Assembly: GCA_963851265.1 (NCBI GenBank)
Contig: CAWKNZ010000002.1
Coordinates: 1,248,001-1,312,000 of the forward strand
Direction: 5' to 3'
Length of the DNA stretch: 64,000 bases
Source of the DNA: an uncultured Gemmatimonadales bacterium
GTDB lineage: Bacteria; Gemmatimonadota; Gemmatimonadetes; Gemmatimonadales; Gemmatimonadaceae
The position numbers were made by a program, and so were the translations under genes. A model generated the notes under the pieces. The model did not search any database and was not told where the DNA came from. It was given only the letters and a program-made list of their open reading frames with translations. Numbering within the stretch: the first letter of the stretch is position 1; every line of letters starts with the position of its first letter. Below, piece by piece: positions 33,143 to 42,767 of the stretch.

Positions 33143-33173
33143 GCCGCGCCGCGACGCGAGGAGTGTACTACTG

Positions 33174-34748
33174 GTGAAGCGGGAGATCCTGATCAACGCG
33201 GGGACGCGCGAGATGCGCGTCGCCATCATCGAGGACGGGCAGTTCGTCGAACTGCTCGTCGAGCGGCCGGACAGTCGGCGGATGGTCGGTGACATCTACC
33301 TCGGCAAGGTCGAGGCGGTGCTGCCGGGCATCCAGGCGGCGTTCGTCAACATCGGGACCGACAAGAGCGCGTTCCTGCACGCGTCCGACGTCGTGTTCGA
33401 CGAGAGTGGCGATCCCGACGAGGACGACGACGAGGAGGAGGGTGCCGATTCCGACGCGCCCGATGCCCCGCCGCGTCGCCGTCCTGGACGTGCGAAGGCG
33501 CCGCCGATCGAAGACGTCCTGAAGAAGGGGCAGGAGCTGCTCGTTCAGGTCACGAAGGAGCCGATCTCGACCAAAGGGTCGCGGGTGACCGCGCAGGTCT
33601 CGCTCGCGGGACGTTTCCTGGTCTACATGCCGCACGCCCCGTCGCGCGTCGGCGTGAGCCGCAAGATCACGGACCGCGACGACCGCCGGCGGCTCAAGGA
33701 GATCGTCGCGGCGGTGTTGCCGGCCGACGCGGGGGGCGTGATCGTCCGAACGGTGAGCGAGGAAGCGTCTCAGGAGACGTTCGGGCGCGAGCTCACGACG
33801 CTGGTCAATCAATGGAAGCGCATCCAGCGAAAGACGCGCTTCATGCGCGCGCCTGCGCTGATCCATCAGGAAACGAGCCTCGCGCGGAGCCTCGTTCGCG
33901 ACCTGTTCAGCGACAAGGTCGACGCGCTCGTCATCGATTCGCGAGCCGTCCAGGGCGAGATCGTCGAGTACCTGCAAGGATTCGCGCCCGAACTGACCGA
34001 CCGCGTCCGGCTCCACGCCGACCCGGCCCCGCTGTTCGATGCGTTCGGCATCGAGCCAGAGATCCGCGACCTGTTCAAGCGTCGCTGCGACCTGCCGTCC
34101 GGCGGCTACCTGATCGTCGAACCCACCGAGGCACTCGTCTCGATCGACGTCAATTCCGGACGGTTCGTCGGCAAGAAGGATCCGGAAAAGACGGTTCTCA
34201 AGACCAACGTCGAAGCGGCGCGCGAGGTGGCCCGGCAGCTCCGGCTCCGCGACGTCGGCGGCATCATCGTCTGCGACTTCATCGATATGGAGACGCAGAC
34301 GAATCGCGATCGCGTGCTCCAGGAACTGCGGCAGGCGCTCGGCCGGGACCGCGCGCGGACCAAGGCGTACGCGGTCAGCGAGCTCGGGTTGGTCGAGATG
34401 ACGCGCCAGCGCGTCCGGCAGAGCCACTTGCAGAGCATGACGGCACCGTGCCCGACGTGCAACGGAACCGGGAGGATCTTCACCCCCGAGACGGTGGTCC
34501 GCCGGATCGAGCGGTCCGTACGGCGCATGGCCGCGGAGGGACGCCGTGACGCCGTGCAGGTCCGGCTCCACCCCGAGACGGCGCTCCACGTCCTCACCGA
34601 GGAACAGGACCTGGTTGGCAAGCTCGAGCGTGCCGTCGGGTTCGATCTCGAGCTCCGCGACGATCCGCTGCTGCGCCCGGACGAGTTCAAGCTCGTCGTC
34701 CGCGGCGCCGAGCAGCGGGACGTCACGGAACGGTACGCAGTGGCCTAG
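33174..34748 (+). CDS. rng: Rne/Rng-family ribonuclease (short, RNase G-like)
   Basis: VLPGIQAAFV, QVTKEPISTKG, IDVNSG, RLRDVGGIIVCDFIDM, GLVEMTRQR, CPTCNGTG. Confidence 0.93.
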   Translation: MKREILINAGTREMRVAIIEDGQFVELLVERPDSRRMVGDIYLGKVEAVLPGIQAAFVNIGTDKSAFLHASDVVFDESGDPDEDDDEEEGADSDAPDAPPRRRPGRAKAPPIEDVLKKGQELLVQVTKEPISTKGSRVTAQVSLAGRFLVYMPHAPSRVGVSRKITDRDDRRRLKEIVAAVLPADAGGVIVRTVSEEASQETFGRELTTLVNQWKRIQRKTRFMRAPALIHQETSLARSLVRDLFSDKVDALVIDSRAVQGEIVEYLQGFAPELTDRVRLHADPAPLFDAFGIEPEIRDLFKRRCDLPSGGYLIVEPTEALVSIDVNSGRFVGKKDPEKTVLKTNVEAAREVARQLRLRDVGGIIVCDFIDMETQTNRDRVLQELRQALGRDRARTKAYAVSELGLVEMTRQRVRQSHLQSMTAPCPTCNGTGRIFTPETVVRRIERSVRRMAAEGRRDAVQVRLHPETALHVLTEEQDLVGKLERAVGFDLELRDDPLLRPDEFKLVVRGAEQRDVTERYAVA

Positions 34749-34790
34749 GGAGGGACCACGGGCGGACTGGCTCCCTCGCGGCGCCGACGG

Positions 34791-34819
34791 TTGACGCCTA
34801 AGTCGTGATCCTGTATAGT
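34791..34819 (+). promoter_or_regulatory. Sigma70-type promoter of rplU-rpmA
   Basis: TTGACG 34791-34796, 17-nt spacer, TATAGT 34814-34819. Confidence 0.75.
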
Positions 34820-34853
34820 GCTACGCTCTTCCAGCTATGCTACTCATCCGCTC

Positions 34854-35171
34854 ATGAACTACGCCATCATTCGCACCGGCGGCAAGCAGTACCGCGCCGA
34901 GCCGGGCAAGACGCTCCGAATCCCCTCGCTCGTCGGCGAGGCCGGGACCGACGTCGAGTTCAACGAAGTGCTTCTCGGCTCCGTCGACGGTTCGGTGCGC
35001 GCGGGCGTTCCCACGCTTGCGGGCGCGAAGGTCACGGCGGAAATCGTCAAGCACGGGCTCGGCGACAAGATCATCGTCTTCAAGTTCAAGCGCCGTAAGA
35101 ACTACGCGCGCAAGCAGGGCCATCGGCAGGGGTACACCGAGGTCCGCTTCAAGGACATCACGCTCGGCTGA
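34854..35171 (+). CDS. rplU: 50S ribosomal protein L21
   Basis: [24 protein letters not shown]. Confidence 0.97.
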   Translation: MNYAIIRTGGKQYRAEPGKTLRIPSLVGEAGTDVEFNEVLLGSVDGSVRAGVPTLAGAKVTAEIVKHGLGDKIIVFKFKRRKNYARKQGHRQGYTEVRFKDITLG

Positions 35172-35183
35172 GGACACTCTCTC

Positions 35184-35498
35184 ATGGCACATAAAAAGGG
35201 CGTTGGCTCGACCCGCAACGGGCGCGACTCGAACCCGCAGTATCGCGGCGTCAAGAAGTTCGGCGGTGAGCAGGTCATCGCGGGGAACATCATCGTCCGC
35301 CAGTGCGGCACGAAGTGGCACCCTGGCCGCAACGTCGGCATGGGCCGCGACTACACGCTGTACTCGCTCGTCGATGGCGTGGTCACCTTCGAGCACCGCA
35401 ACAAGTCGCAGCTGCGGGTGAGCGTCTACCCGGCGGCCGTTCCCGCGTCGGTCACGATCGACCAGCCGGCGCCCGACGCCGAGCCCGCGTCGGTCTGA
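35184..35498 (+). CDS. rpmA: 50S ribosomal protein L27
   Basis: [33 protein letters not shown]. Confidence 0.98.
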   Translation: MAHKKGVGSTRNGRDSNPQYRGVKKFGGEQVIAGNIIVRQCGTKWHPGRNVGMGRDYTLYSLVDGVVTFEHRNKSQLRVSVYPAAVPASVTIDQPAPDAEPASV

Positions 35499-35541
35499 GC
35501 CGAATCCTGGCACGTTAGGCACCCGGACCGGGTGCGCGAAC

Positions 35542-35584
35542 AACGCGAGAGGCCCCCGCCGTGATGGCGGGGGCCTCTCGCGTT
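35542..35584. terminator. Probable bidirectional intrinsic terminator
   Basis: Perfect 19-bp stem AACGCGAGAGGCCCCCGCC-gtgat-GGCGGGGGCCTCTCGCGTT between convergent genes. Confidence 0.75.
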
Positions 35585-35611
35585 CTGTCGCGCGCTGGTC
35601 AGCGACGCCGA

Positions 35612-36913
35612 TTACGGACGCGTGTAGCCCGGCGGCAACGTCCGGTACCGCCGCGCCAACTCGTCCTGCCGCGAATCCCCCGTGACCTCGCGCCCGCGGA
35701 TGAAGACGTGCTCCGCACGGCTCGCGAACTCGAACGGATCGCCCGTCCACACCACGACGTCGGCGTCGCGCCCGGGCGCGAGCGAGCCCACGCGGTCGGC
35801 CACGCCGAACAGCTCGGCGGGCGTGAGCGTGACGGCACGCAAGGCGGCGTCGTAGCGCATCCCGTACGCGACGGCATTACCCGCCTCGAAGCGCACGTTG
35901 CGTACGTTGAACGCCTCCTCGTCCCCCTCGCCCGCGTTCCCGATGATCGCCACGGGGACGCCCGCCGCCGCGAGCAGCCCCGCGTTCTCCTGCCGCTGGC
36001 CTAACGCGGCGAAGCTCGACGGGATGTTGTTCATCGCACCGGTCACGACCGGGACGCGGTCAGCCGCGAGTTGCTCCGCCACCTGCCACGCCTCGGCGCC
36101 GCCTAGGATCATGAGGCGAAAGCCGAATTCGCGGCGAAGCCGGAGCGCGGCGTCGATGTCGGACGCGCGATCCGCCGCGATCAACATCGGCAGTCGCCCG
36201 GTGAGCACCGGCTGGAGCGCTTCGAGGTCTGCCCGTGACGCGGTGAAGGTGCGCGTCTGGTTCCGCTCGAATGCCGCACGCGACCGCCCGAACGTGCGCG
36301 CATCGCTGAGCAACTCGCGCAGGCGACCGATGAGTTCACCCCGGGCCCCCAGTCCGGCCGCGCGCGCGTCGCCGACCTCCGCGACCATCGCAGCCGAGGC
36401 CCGAAGCACCGCGTCCGCCGCGCTCCGGCCGTCGAGGTGGACGACAGCCGCCTGACCGGCCACGAGTCCGCCGGCGGGGAGGACCACGGCGGTAGTGACG
36501 CCGTCGTTCCGGGCCGGCGGGATCAACGCCGACGCGGGGTTGAAACCCTCCCACACCGCGAACGCGGCGGCTACCGCGTCTCGCCCGCGCGCGCTCGCGT
36601 CTCGCGTGTCCCGCACGGCTCCGATCTCGACGACGCCCAGCTCCGTCGCCGCGTTGACGAACCCGGGGGTGACCACGCGCCCGGTCGCGTCGATGCGGCG
36701 CGCGTCCGCGGGGATCGGCACGTCCGCGCCCACCGCGAGCACGCGCCCGTTGCGCAGCAGGACCGTGCCGCGCTCGATGCGCGGTCCCGAGACCGGGTAG
36801 ACGGTTCCGCCGACGATCGCGATCGTCTGAGCCGACGCCTCGCGCAGCGTGGCCCCGATGAGAACGGCTACTGCGACGGCGCGCGCGAGTTTTCGGCTGC
36901 GAAAGCGGCGCAT
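35612..36913 (-). CDS. Amidohydrolase-family protein, secreted; lacks the HxH motif
   Basis: Signal-peptide-like N-terminus, IDATGRVVTPGFVN, ALRAVTLTPA, GSLAPGRDADVVVW; TGATG overlap with the upstream gene. Confidence 0.85.
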   Translation of the reverse strand: MRRFRSRKLARAVAVAVLIGATLREASAQTIAIVGGTVYPVSGPRIERGTVLLRNGRVLAVGADVPIPADARRIDATGRVVTPGFVNAATELGVVEIGAVRDTRDASARGRDAVAAAFAVWEGFNPASALIPPARNDGVTTAVVLPAGGLVAGQAAVVHLDGRSAADAVLRASAAMVAEVGDARAAGLGARGELIGRLRELLSDARTFGRSRAAFERNQTRTFTASRADLEALQPVLTGRLPMLIAADRASDIDAALRLRREFGFRLMILGGAEAWQVAEQLAADRVPVVTGAMNNIPSSFAALGQRQENAGLLAAAGVPVAIIGNAGEGDEEAFNVRNVRFEAGNAVAYGMRYDAALRAVTLTPAELFGVADRVGSLAPGRDADVVVWTGDPFEFASRAEHVFIRGREVTGDSRQDELARRYRTLPPGYTRP

Positions 36914-38523
36914 CAGCGCGGTCCTCCGGACGATGGGGCACCCGACGGCGCGCCCGTGGTTGGAGCGGGTGGCGAAGACGAGGCGGCCACGGTCGAGGGA
37001 GGGGCGACGAAGCCGAGTTCGAAATCGGTGCGCCACTGGCGGCGCGGGTCGGTGCGGTCGTAGAGCATGGCCCCGTCCACCCAGACCTTCTCGACTCGGG
37101 TGTAGACCGAGAACGGGTTGCCCGACCAGAGTACGACGTCGGCGTTCTTCCCGGGCTCAAGCGACCCGATCCGGTCGTCGAGGCCTAACGCCCACGCCGC
37201 GTTGATCGTGAGCCAGCGCACCGCCTGATCCTCGGTCACCTCGATGCCGACCGCACGCCCCGCGGCCATCGCCTTCGCGGCTTCCTGGTTGAGTCGCTGC
37301 GATCCGGACGGGTCGTCCGAGTGCACGATCGCGCGCGCCCCGGCCTGCTGGACGAGCGCGAGATTCGCCCGCACGCCGTCGATCGCTTCCATCTTGAATC
37401 CGCCCCAGTCGGCCCACAGCGCGCCGCCGACCGAATCGCGAGCGAGCAGGTCGGCGACCTTGTACGCCTCCACACCGTGGTGAAACGCGCGGATGTGATA
37501 GCCGAACTCGCGTGCGATGTCGAGCATCTGCGCCATCTCGTCGGCCCGGTAGCAGTGGTTGTGCACGAGGATGTTGCCGCGCAGCACCTCCGCGAGCGTT
37601 TCGAGCCCGAGGTCGCGCGCGGGGGGGTCGGACTGGCGGTTGCCGGCGAGCCACGCGTCCCAACGCCGGCGATACGCTTCGGCCTGGATCCACGCCGTCC
37701 GGTACCCGGCCACGTTCCCCATCCGGGTACTCGGTCCGCGATTGGCGTACACGCGCTTCGGATTCTCGCCGCACGCCATCTTCAGCCCGTACTTCGCGCC
37801 GGGGAACTTCATCCCTTGCACCGTGCGCGACGGGACCACCTTGAGCACGACGCTCCGCCCCCCGATCAGATTCGCCGAGCCCGGGAGCACCTGAAGCGTC
37901 GTCACGCCGCCGGCGAGGTTGCGCGGGAACTGCGGGTCCTGAGGCCACACCGAGTGCTCGGCCCAGACATAGGGCGTCGTCGGGTTGGTCGCTTCGTTGC
38001 CGTCCGACAGCGCGTCGCCGCCCGGCGCGGCGTACACCCCCAGGTGCGAGTGCACGTCGATGATCCCCGGCGTGACGTACTTCCCGGCGCCGTCGATCAC
38101 GGTCGCTCCCGCGGGCGCGTCGATGGTCGCGCCGATGCTCACGATCTTTCCGTCCCGGAGCAGGATGGCGCCGTTGCGGATCGACGGTCCCGCGGCGGTC
38201 ATCAGCGTGACGTTGCGGATGAGCGTCGGCGTCGACGGAGCCGGCCGGTACGTGCTCGGGAACGGGTCGGCGAGCGGTAGCGAGAGCCCACCGCTGCCCG
38301 GCGCGTTGCGACCCGTGCTGTTGGGCGGCGTCGACGCCGCATTTCCGAGCGGCCCGGTGGTCCCGCCCGCGGTGGTGGGGCCGGGCGGCGTTCGCGGTCC
38401 GGGCGCGGGCGCACTTGGGGTCTGTGCGCGGACGATGCGCGCCGCAGGAACGAGCGTCGCGAGCGCGGCGACGCCGGCGGTACGCACCAGCGCCGTACGC
38501 GTCGCATTCTGGCGAGGTGACAT
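36913..38523 (-). CDS. Amidohydrolase-family protein, secreted
   Basis: TPGIIDVHSHLG, KMACGENPK, HNHCYRADE, HHGVE, HSDD, GSLEPGKNAD. Confidence 0.9.
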   Translation of the reverse strand: MSPRQNATRTALVRTAGVAALATLVPAARIVRAQTPSAPAPGPRTPPGPTTAGGTTGPLGNAASTPPNSTGRNAPGSGGLSLPLADPFPSTYRPAPSTPTLIRNVTLMTAAGPSIRNGAILLRDGKIVSIGATIDAPAGATVIDGAGKYVTPGIIDVHSHLGVYAAPGGDALSDGNEATNPTTPYVWAEHSVWPQDPQFPRNLAGGVTTLQVLPGSANLIGGRSVVLKVVPSRTVQGMKFPGAKYGLKMACGENPKRVYANRGPSTRMGNVAGYRTAWIQAEAYRRRWDAWLAGNRQSDPPARDLGLETLAEVLRGNILVHNHCYRADEMAQMLDIAREFGYHIRAFHHGVEAYKVADLLARDSVGGALWADWGGFKMEAIDGVRANLALVQQAGARAIVHSDDPSGSQRLNQEAAKAMAAGRAVGIEVTEDQAVRWLTINAAWALGLDDRIGSLEPGKNADVVLWSGNPFSVYTRVEKVWVDGAMLYDRTDPRRQWRTDFELGFVAPPSTVAASSSPPAPTTGAPSGAPSSGGPR

Positions 38524-38617
38524 GGGTGGAGGACTCGGGGAGGCGGGAGACGTCGCGCGGCTTACGGTGTGAGTCGCGCCCGCGTTGATCGGACGCGTCG
38601 ACGGGGTACGGAGGCGA

Positions 38618-39319
38618 TCAGCCGGCGAGCCCCTCGCGGAGCAGAGGGATGTCGTCGGTACAGAGCGCGTCGACCCCGAGCCGGACGAGCGCCCGCGCGC
38701 GCTCGGGGTCGTTCACGGTCCAGACGAGCACTCGCCCGCCGGCCGCGTGCACGTCGGCGACGAGCGCCGCGTCGACCTGTGACCAGTGCTGCCACAGGTC
38801 GCGCGCGCGAGCGGCGTGCATCGCCGCGCGCGTATCGACGAGGTAGCTCTCGCTCAGGATGCCGGTCGGAACGTGGGGCGAGCGGCCGGCGAGCCGCTTC
38901 GATATACGGTGGTCGAACGAGTGCACGGCAAAGCGAAGCGCGGGTGCCCCCACCTGGACGGTGTCGAGGAGCACTCGGAGATCGGCATCACTCGCGGCGG
39001 CCTTGACCTCGACGTACAGGATCGCGCGAGCGCCGACGAGCGCCGCGACCTCGCGCAGGAGCGGGACGCGAAGGGAGGGATCCTCGGCGGCACCGACGAT
39101 CTCGTCGGCGCGGAGGGCGGCGAGCGCCGCGCCGGGGCGCCGTCCAACGGCGCCGAACGCGGGGTCATGGTGCACCACCGGCAGGCCGTCCCGCGAGAAG
39201 TGCACGTCGAGTTCGACGCCGTCCGCGCCATGCGCGAGGGCGCGCGCGAAGCTCGCGAGCGTGTTCTCGCGGCACTCGCGCGGCGCGCCTCGGTGCGCAA
39301 TGAGTTCGACAGGTGGCAT
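38618..39319 (-). CDS. Glycerophosphodiester phosphodiesterase
   Basis: IAHRG, ENTLASF, VELDVH, VVHHD, YVEVK, WTVND, CTDD. Confidence 0.9.
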   Translation of the reverse strand: MPPVELIAHRGAPRECRENTLASFARALAHGADGVELDVHFSRDGLPVVHHDPAFGAVGRRPGAALAALRADEIVGAAEDPSLRVPLLREVAALVGARAILYVEVKAAASDADLRVLLDTVQVGAPALRFAVHSFDHRISKRLAGRSPHVPTGILSESYLVDTRAAMHAARARDLWQHWSQVDAALVADVHAAGGRVLVWTVNDPERARALVRLGVDALCTDDIPLLREGLAG

Positions 39320-39406
39320 GATCGGGGGGAACGCATCGAACGACGGTCGGCAGAGCGATCGCGCGCCAGCTTAACATTCGATCGCGGACCGCGTCCACCT
39401 GCTGGG

Positions 39407-39985
39407 ATGATCACCGTGAGTTCCGCCCCCCTGGTCGACGAACATACCGACGACGCGCTCGACGACGCGCTCCTGGCACGCTGGCGCGCCGGCGACGAGC
39501 GCGCGGCGACCGCCCTCGTGGAGCGCCACGCGCCAGCGCTCTGCCGGTACGTGTCGACGCTCGGTGCGCGATTCGAGGCCGAGGAGATCGCGCAGGACAC
39601 GTTCGTCCGCGCGTTCCAGGCCCTCGACAGCTTCCGCGCGGAGAGTTCACTGCGCACGTGGCTGTTCACGATCGCGCGTCGGCTCGTGCTCGACCGGCGT
39701 CGCGCCGGCGGCCGGCGTGCGCGGCACGAAGTGGAAGCGCCCGAGGGCCTCGACGCGGCAGGCGAGCACACCGCGCTCGACGACCTCGTGGCCGGAGAAA
39801 CCCAGGCCAGGCTGCGCGCGGCCGTCGAGCGACTCACGCCCACACAGCGGGAAGTCTTCCTCTTGCGTGTAGTCGAAGGACGCGCGTACAAGGAGATCGC
39901 CCGAATCGCGGGGACCACCGAGGGGTCCGCCCGCGTGCACTACCACAACGCCCTCCGCTCGGTGCAGGAGTTTCTCGATGTCTGA
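39407..39985 (+). CDS. ECF RNA polymerase sigma factor (start uncertain)
   Basis: AEEIAQDTFVRAF, LRTWLFTIARR, LTPTQREVFLLR, YKEIA. Confidence 0.9.
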   Translation: MITVSSAPLVDEHTDDALDDALLARWRAGDERAATALVERHAPALCRYVSTLGARFEAEEIAQDTFVRAFQALDSFRAESSLRTWLFTIARRLVLDRRRAGGRRARHEVEAPEGLDAAGEHTALDDLVAGETQARLRAAVERLTPTQREVFLLRVVEGRAYKEIARIAGTTEGSARVHYHNALRSVQEFLDV

Positions 39986-40631
39986 TTTCGGAGCCGCCAC
40001 CCCGCACGAGGAGCCGCACGACGCGGCGCACGAGGCCGTGCGCGACGCACTGCCCGCGCTCCTCCACGGGCGCGTCACGGCGTCAGCGCGCGCGGAACTC
40101 GACGCCCACCTCGCCACGTGCGCGGCCTGCCGCGCCGATTTCGCCACGCTCGGCGCGATCCGCGACCTGTACACGATGCAGTCGCCCGCCGCGGCGTCGC
40201 CCGCGGTCTCGGTCGACCGCATCGCCGACGCGGTGCGCGCACGAACGGCGGTTCGGCCGGCGGAACCCGTACCCTCGCGCCCGACGAGGGTGCCGCCCCG
40301 GCGCGCGCCGGCGTGGGCGCGCCGCGGCACCGTTCGCGCCGTCGCCGCGAGTGCGCTGCTCGCAATCGGTTCTGGCGCGATGCTCATCTCGCGGACGCCG
40401 CGAACGCCGGCAGTGCAGGGGCCGGCCGCGAGCGCGGTCGCGCTCCGCTCCGACACGCCGGCAGTGCGCGCGACCGGCGCGAGTGGTTCGCTCCTCGGTG
40501 CTAACTTCTCCGACCTCGATGACGGCGAACTCGCCGCCGTCGTGGCCGCGGTCGACGACCCGGCCTCGCCGACCCCCGCCGCGGAGCCCACGCCGGTGAC
40601 GCCCAACGTGCTGGTCCCCGATGGCGAATGA
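39978..40631 (+). CDS. Zinc-binding (ZAS, zf-HC2) membrane anti-sigma factor
   Basis: HLATCAAC (HxxxCxxC) plus one TM segment; follows the ECF sigma gene. Confidence 0.85.
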   Translation: MSDFGAATPHEEPHDAAHEAVRDALPALLHGRVTASARAELDAHLATCAACRADFATLGAIRDLYTMQSPAAASPAVSVDRIADAVRARTAVRPAEPVPSRPTRVPPRRAPAWARRGTVRAVAASALLAIGSGAMLISRTPRTPAVQGPAASAVALRSDTPAVRATGASGSLLGANFSDLDDGELAAVVAAVDDPASPTPAAEPTPVTPNVLVPDGE

Positions 40632-41277
40632 GCGGTGCGCGTGGGCGCGCGCGCTCCGGGCCGCTGCAATGGTCCCGCTCGCGCTGGCCGCGGCGGCAGC
40701 GCGCGCCCAGCTGCCGGGCGGCGCCGACTCGGCCACGCGGCGTCCGGGCATCGAGCGGTTGAGCGCGGTCGTGCAGCAGCGGCTGCAGCTCACGGACGAC
40801 CAGACGGCGCGGCTGCGCGAGACGTCGCGGCGGTACGCCGAACAGCGCCAGGCGCTCCTGCGTGACGAGCGCGACGCGCGGCGCACCGTGCGTGACGAGG
40901 TCGGGCGCGGAAACGCCGCGGACCAGTCGCGCGTACAGGGCGCGCTCGACCGGCTCTACGCGATCCAGCAGCGCCGCGGCGAACTCGCCGCGAGCGAACA
41001 GCGCGAGCTGGCCGAGTTTCTCACGCCGACGCAGCGCGCCCAGTACGCCGGGCTGCAGGAGCGCGCGTTCCGCGCCGCACAGGCCATCCGACAGCAGCGC
41101 GCCGCCGCCGCGACGGGCGGCCAGGTTCTGCCCGCCGACGCCAACCGGGGCGCCCAGGCGCTCCAGGAGCAGCGCCGCGCCGAGCGTCAGCAGCAACAGA
41201 TGGAACGCCAGCAGCAGCGCCAGGCCAACCGGGCGGCGCGTCGGGCGGCACGGCAGGGCGCGGCGCGTATCCCCTGA
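40621..41277 (+). CDS. Secreted helical Spy/CpxP-like protein
   Basis: Signal peptide; LQLTDDQ and FLTPTQRAQY (LTxxQ motifs); Gln/Arg-rich tail. Confidence 0.7.
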   Translation: MANERCAWARALRAAAMVPLALAAAAARAQLPGGADSATRRPGIERLSAVVQQRLQLTDDQTARLRETSRRYAEQRQALLRDERDARRTVRDEVGRGNAADQSRVQGALDRLYAIQQRRGELAASEQRELAEFLTPTQRAQYAGLQERAFRAAQAIRQQRAAAATGGQVLPADANRGAQALQEQRRAERQQQQMERQQQRQANRAARRAARQGAARIP

Positions 41278-41372
41278 GTGCCGCCGGCGCGACCGGGGCG
41301 CCAGCGTAGCGTCGTTGAGGCGGGTCTCGCGCCGGGCTACATTCCGCCCCGCATCGGATCCCGGTCCGGCGC

Positions 41373-41455
41373 GCCGGGGTGGCGGAATGGTATACGCGGA
41401 GGTCTCAAAAACCTCTGTCCGCGAGGGCATACGGGTTCGAGTCCCGTCCCCGGCA
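41373..41455 (+). tRNA. tRNA-Leu (anticodon CAA); CCA not encoded
   Basis: Acceptor stem GCCGGGG/CCCCGGC, D loop GGAATGGTA, anticodon arm GAGGT-CTCAAAA-ACCTC, long variable arm, GGTTCGAGTCC. Confidence 0.96.
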
Positions 41456-41460
41456 TCGAG

Positions 41461-41488
41461 CCGCGGCGCCGAATGAGCGGCGCCGCGG
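41461..41488 (+). terminator. GC-rich hairpin right after the tRNA (terminator or processing element)
   Basis: CCGCGGCGCCG-aatgag-CGGCGCCGCGG; no U-tract. Confidence 0.4.
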
Positions 41489-41533
41489 CGCTCGCGTCGA
41501 CCCGTCCTCCCGTTCACGCCCCGCTTTCACCCG

Positions 41534-42766
41534 ATGGCGAATTACAAGTACGCGCAGATCCCCGCAGCCGGCGAGCGCATCGATTACAGCGCCGACGTAC
41601 TTCGTGTCCCCGACCGTCCGATCGTGCCGTACATCGAGGGCGACGGCACCGGCCCGGACATCTGGCGCGCGTCGGTTCGCGTATTCGACGCCGCGGTCGC
41701 GCGCGCGTACGGCGGGCAGCGGCAGATCGCCTGGATGGAAGTCTTCGCGGGCGAAAAGGCCGTCGCGACGACCGGCGAGTGGCTGCCCGACGAGACGGTC
41801 GAGGCGCTGCGCGAGTTTCGCGTCTCGATCAAGGGCCCGCTCACGACGCCCGTCGGCGGCGGCATCCGCTCGCTCAACGTGGCGCTCCGTCAGATCCTCG
41901 ACCTCTACGCGTGCATCCGGCCGGTGCGCTACTTCGAGGGCGTCGGCGCGCCCGTCAAGGAGCCGCAGAAGCTGGACATCGTGATCTTCCGCGAAAACAC
42001 GGAAGACGTCTACTCGGGGATCGAGTTCCGCGCCGGGACGCCCGAGGCCGACCAGCTGGCGGGCTACCTGGCCGACCACTTCGGCAAGCGCGTGCGCGAG
42101 GGCTCGGCGATCGGGATCAAGCCGATGAGCGAGTTCGGCTCGAAGCGTCTCGTGCGCATGGCGCTCGACTACGCCGTGAAGAACGGCCGTCCGTCGGTGA
42201 CGCTCGTGCACAAGGGGAACATCATGAAGTTCACCGAAGGCGCGTTCCGCGACTGGGGGTACGAGGTCGCCCGCGACAGCTTCGGCGGCACGCTCATCGA
42301 CAAGGGGCCGTGGACGCAGGTGCCTAACGGGCCCGTGGTCAAGGACGCGATCGCGGACGCGATGTTCCAGCAGTTGCTGCTGCGCCCCGACGAGTACTCG
42401 GTCGTCGCGACGCCGAACCTGAACGGCGACTACATCTCGGACGCGGCGGCCGCTCAGGTGGGCGGGCTCGGCATCGCGCCTGGCGGCAACATCGGCGACG
42501 GGCTCGCCGTGTTCGAAGCGACGCACGGCACCGCACCGAAGTACACCAACCTCGACAAGGTCAACCCGGGCTCGGTCATCCTGTCGGGCGTGATGATGCT
42601 GCAGTACATGGGCTGGAACGAGGCGGCGGACCTGATCGTACGCGGGATGGAGCGTGCGATCGGCGCGAAGACGGTCACCTACGACCTCGCGCGCCAGATG
42701 GACGGGGCGACGGAGGTGTCGTGCTCGGGATTCGGCGAGGCGATCGTCGCCGCGATGGGCGCCTGA
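41534..42766 (+). CDS. icd: NADP-dependent isocitrate dehydrogenase
   Basis: [65 protein letters not shown]. Confidence 0.97.
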   Translation: MANYKYAQIPAAGERIDYSADVLRVPDRPIVPYIEGDGTGPDIWRASVRVFDAAVARAYGGQRQIAWMEVFAGEKAVATTGEWLPDETVEALREFRVSIKGPLTTPVGGGIRSLNVALRQILDLYACIRPVRYFEGVGAPVKEPQKLDIVIFRENTEDVYSGIEFRAGTPEADQLAGYLADHFGKRVREGSAIGIKPMSEFGSKRLVRMALDYAVKNGRPSVTLVHKGNIMKFTEGAFRDWGYEVARDSFGGTLIDKGPWTQVPNGPVVKDAIADAMFQQLLLRPDEYSVVATPNLNGDYISDAAAAQVGGLGIAPGGNIGDGLAVFEATHGTAPKYTNLDKVNPGSVILSGVMMLQYMGWNEAADLIVRGMERAIGAKTVTYDLARQMDGATEVSCSGFGEAIVAAMGA

Positions 42767-42767
42767 G

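Noticed and set aside
25460..34819. Shared CCTAAGTCGT upstream of the U32 gene (25460) and in the rplU promoter spacer (34797)
   Set aside because: Only two copies and at different offsets from the -10 box; insufficient for a regulator-site call.
41161..41260. CAG-rich stretch in the Spy-like gene
   Set aside because: Low-complexity Gln/Arg coding sequence, not a discrete DNA repeat.
41373..41500. tRNA-Leu as an integration site for an island
   Set aside because: No integrase, no duplicated tRNA 3' end and no compositional shift; icd follows directly.
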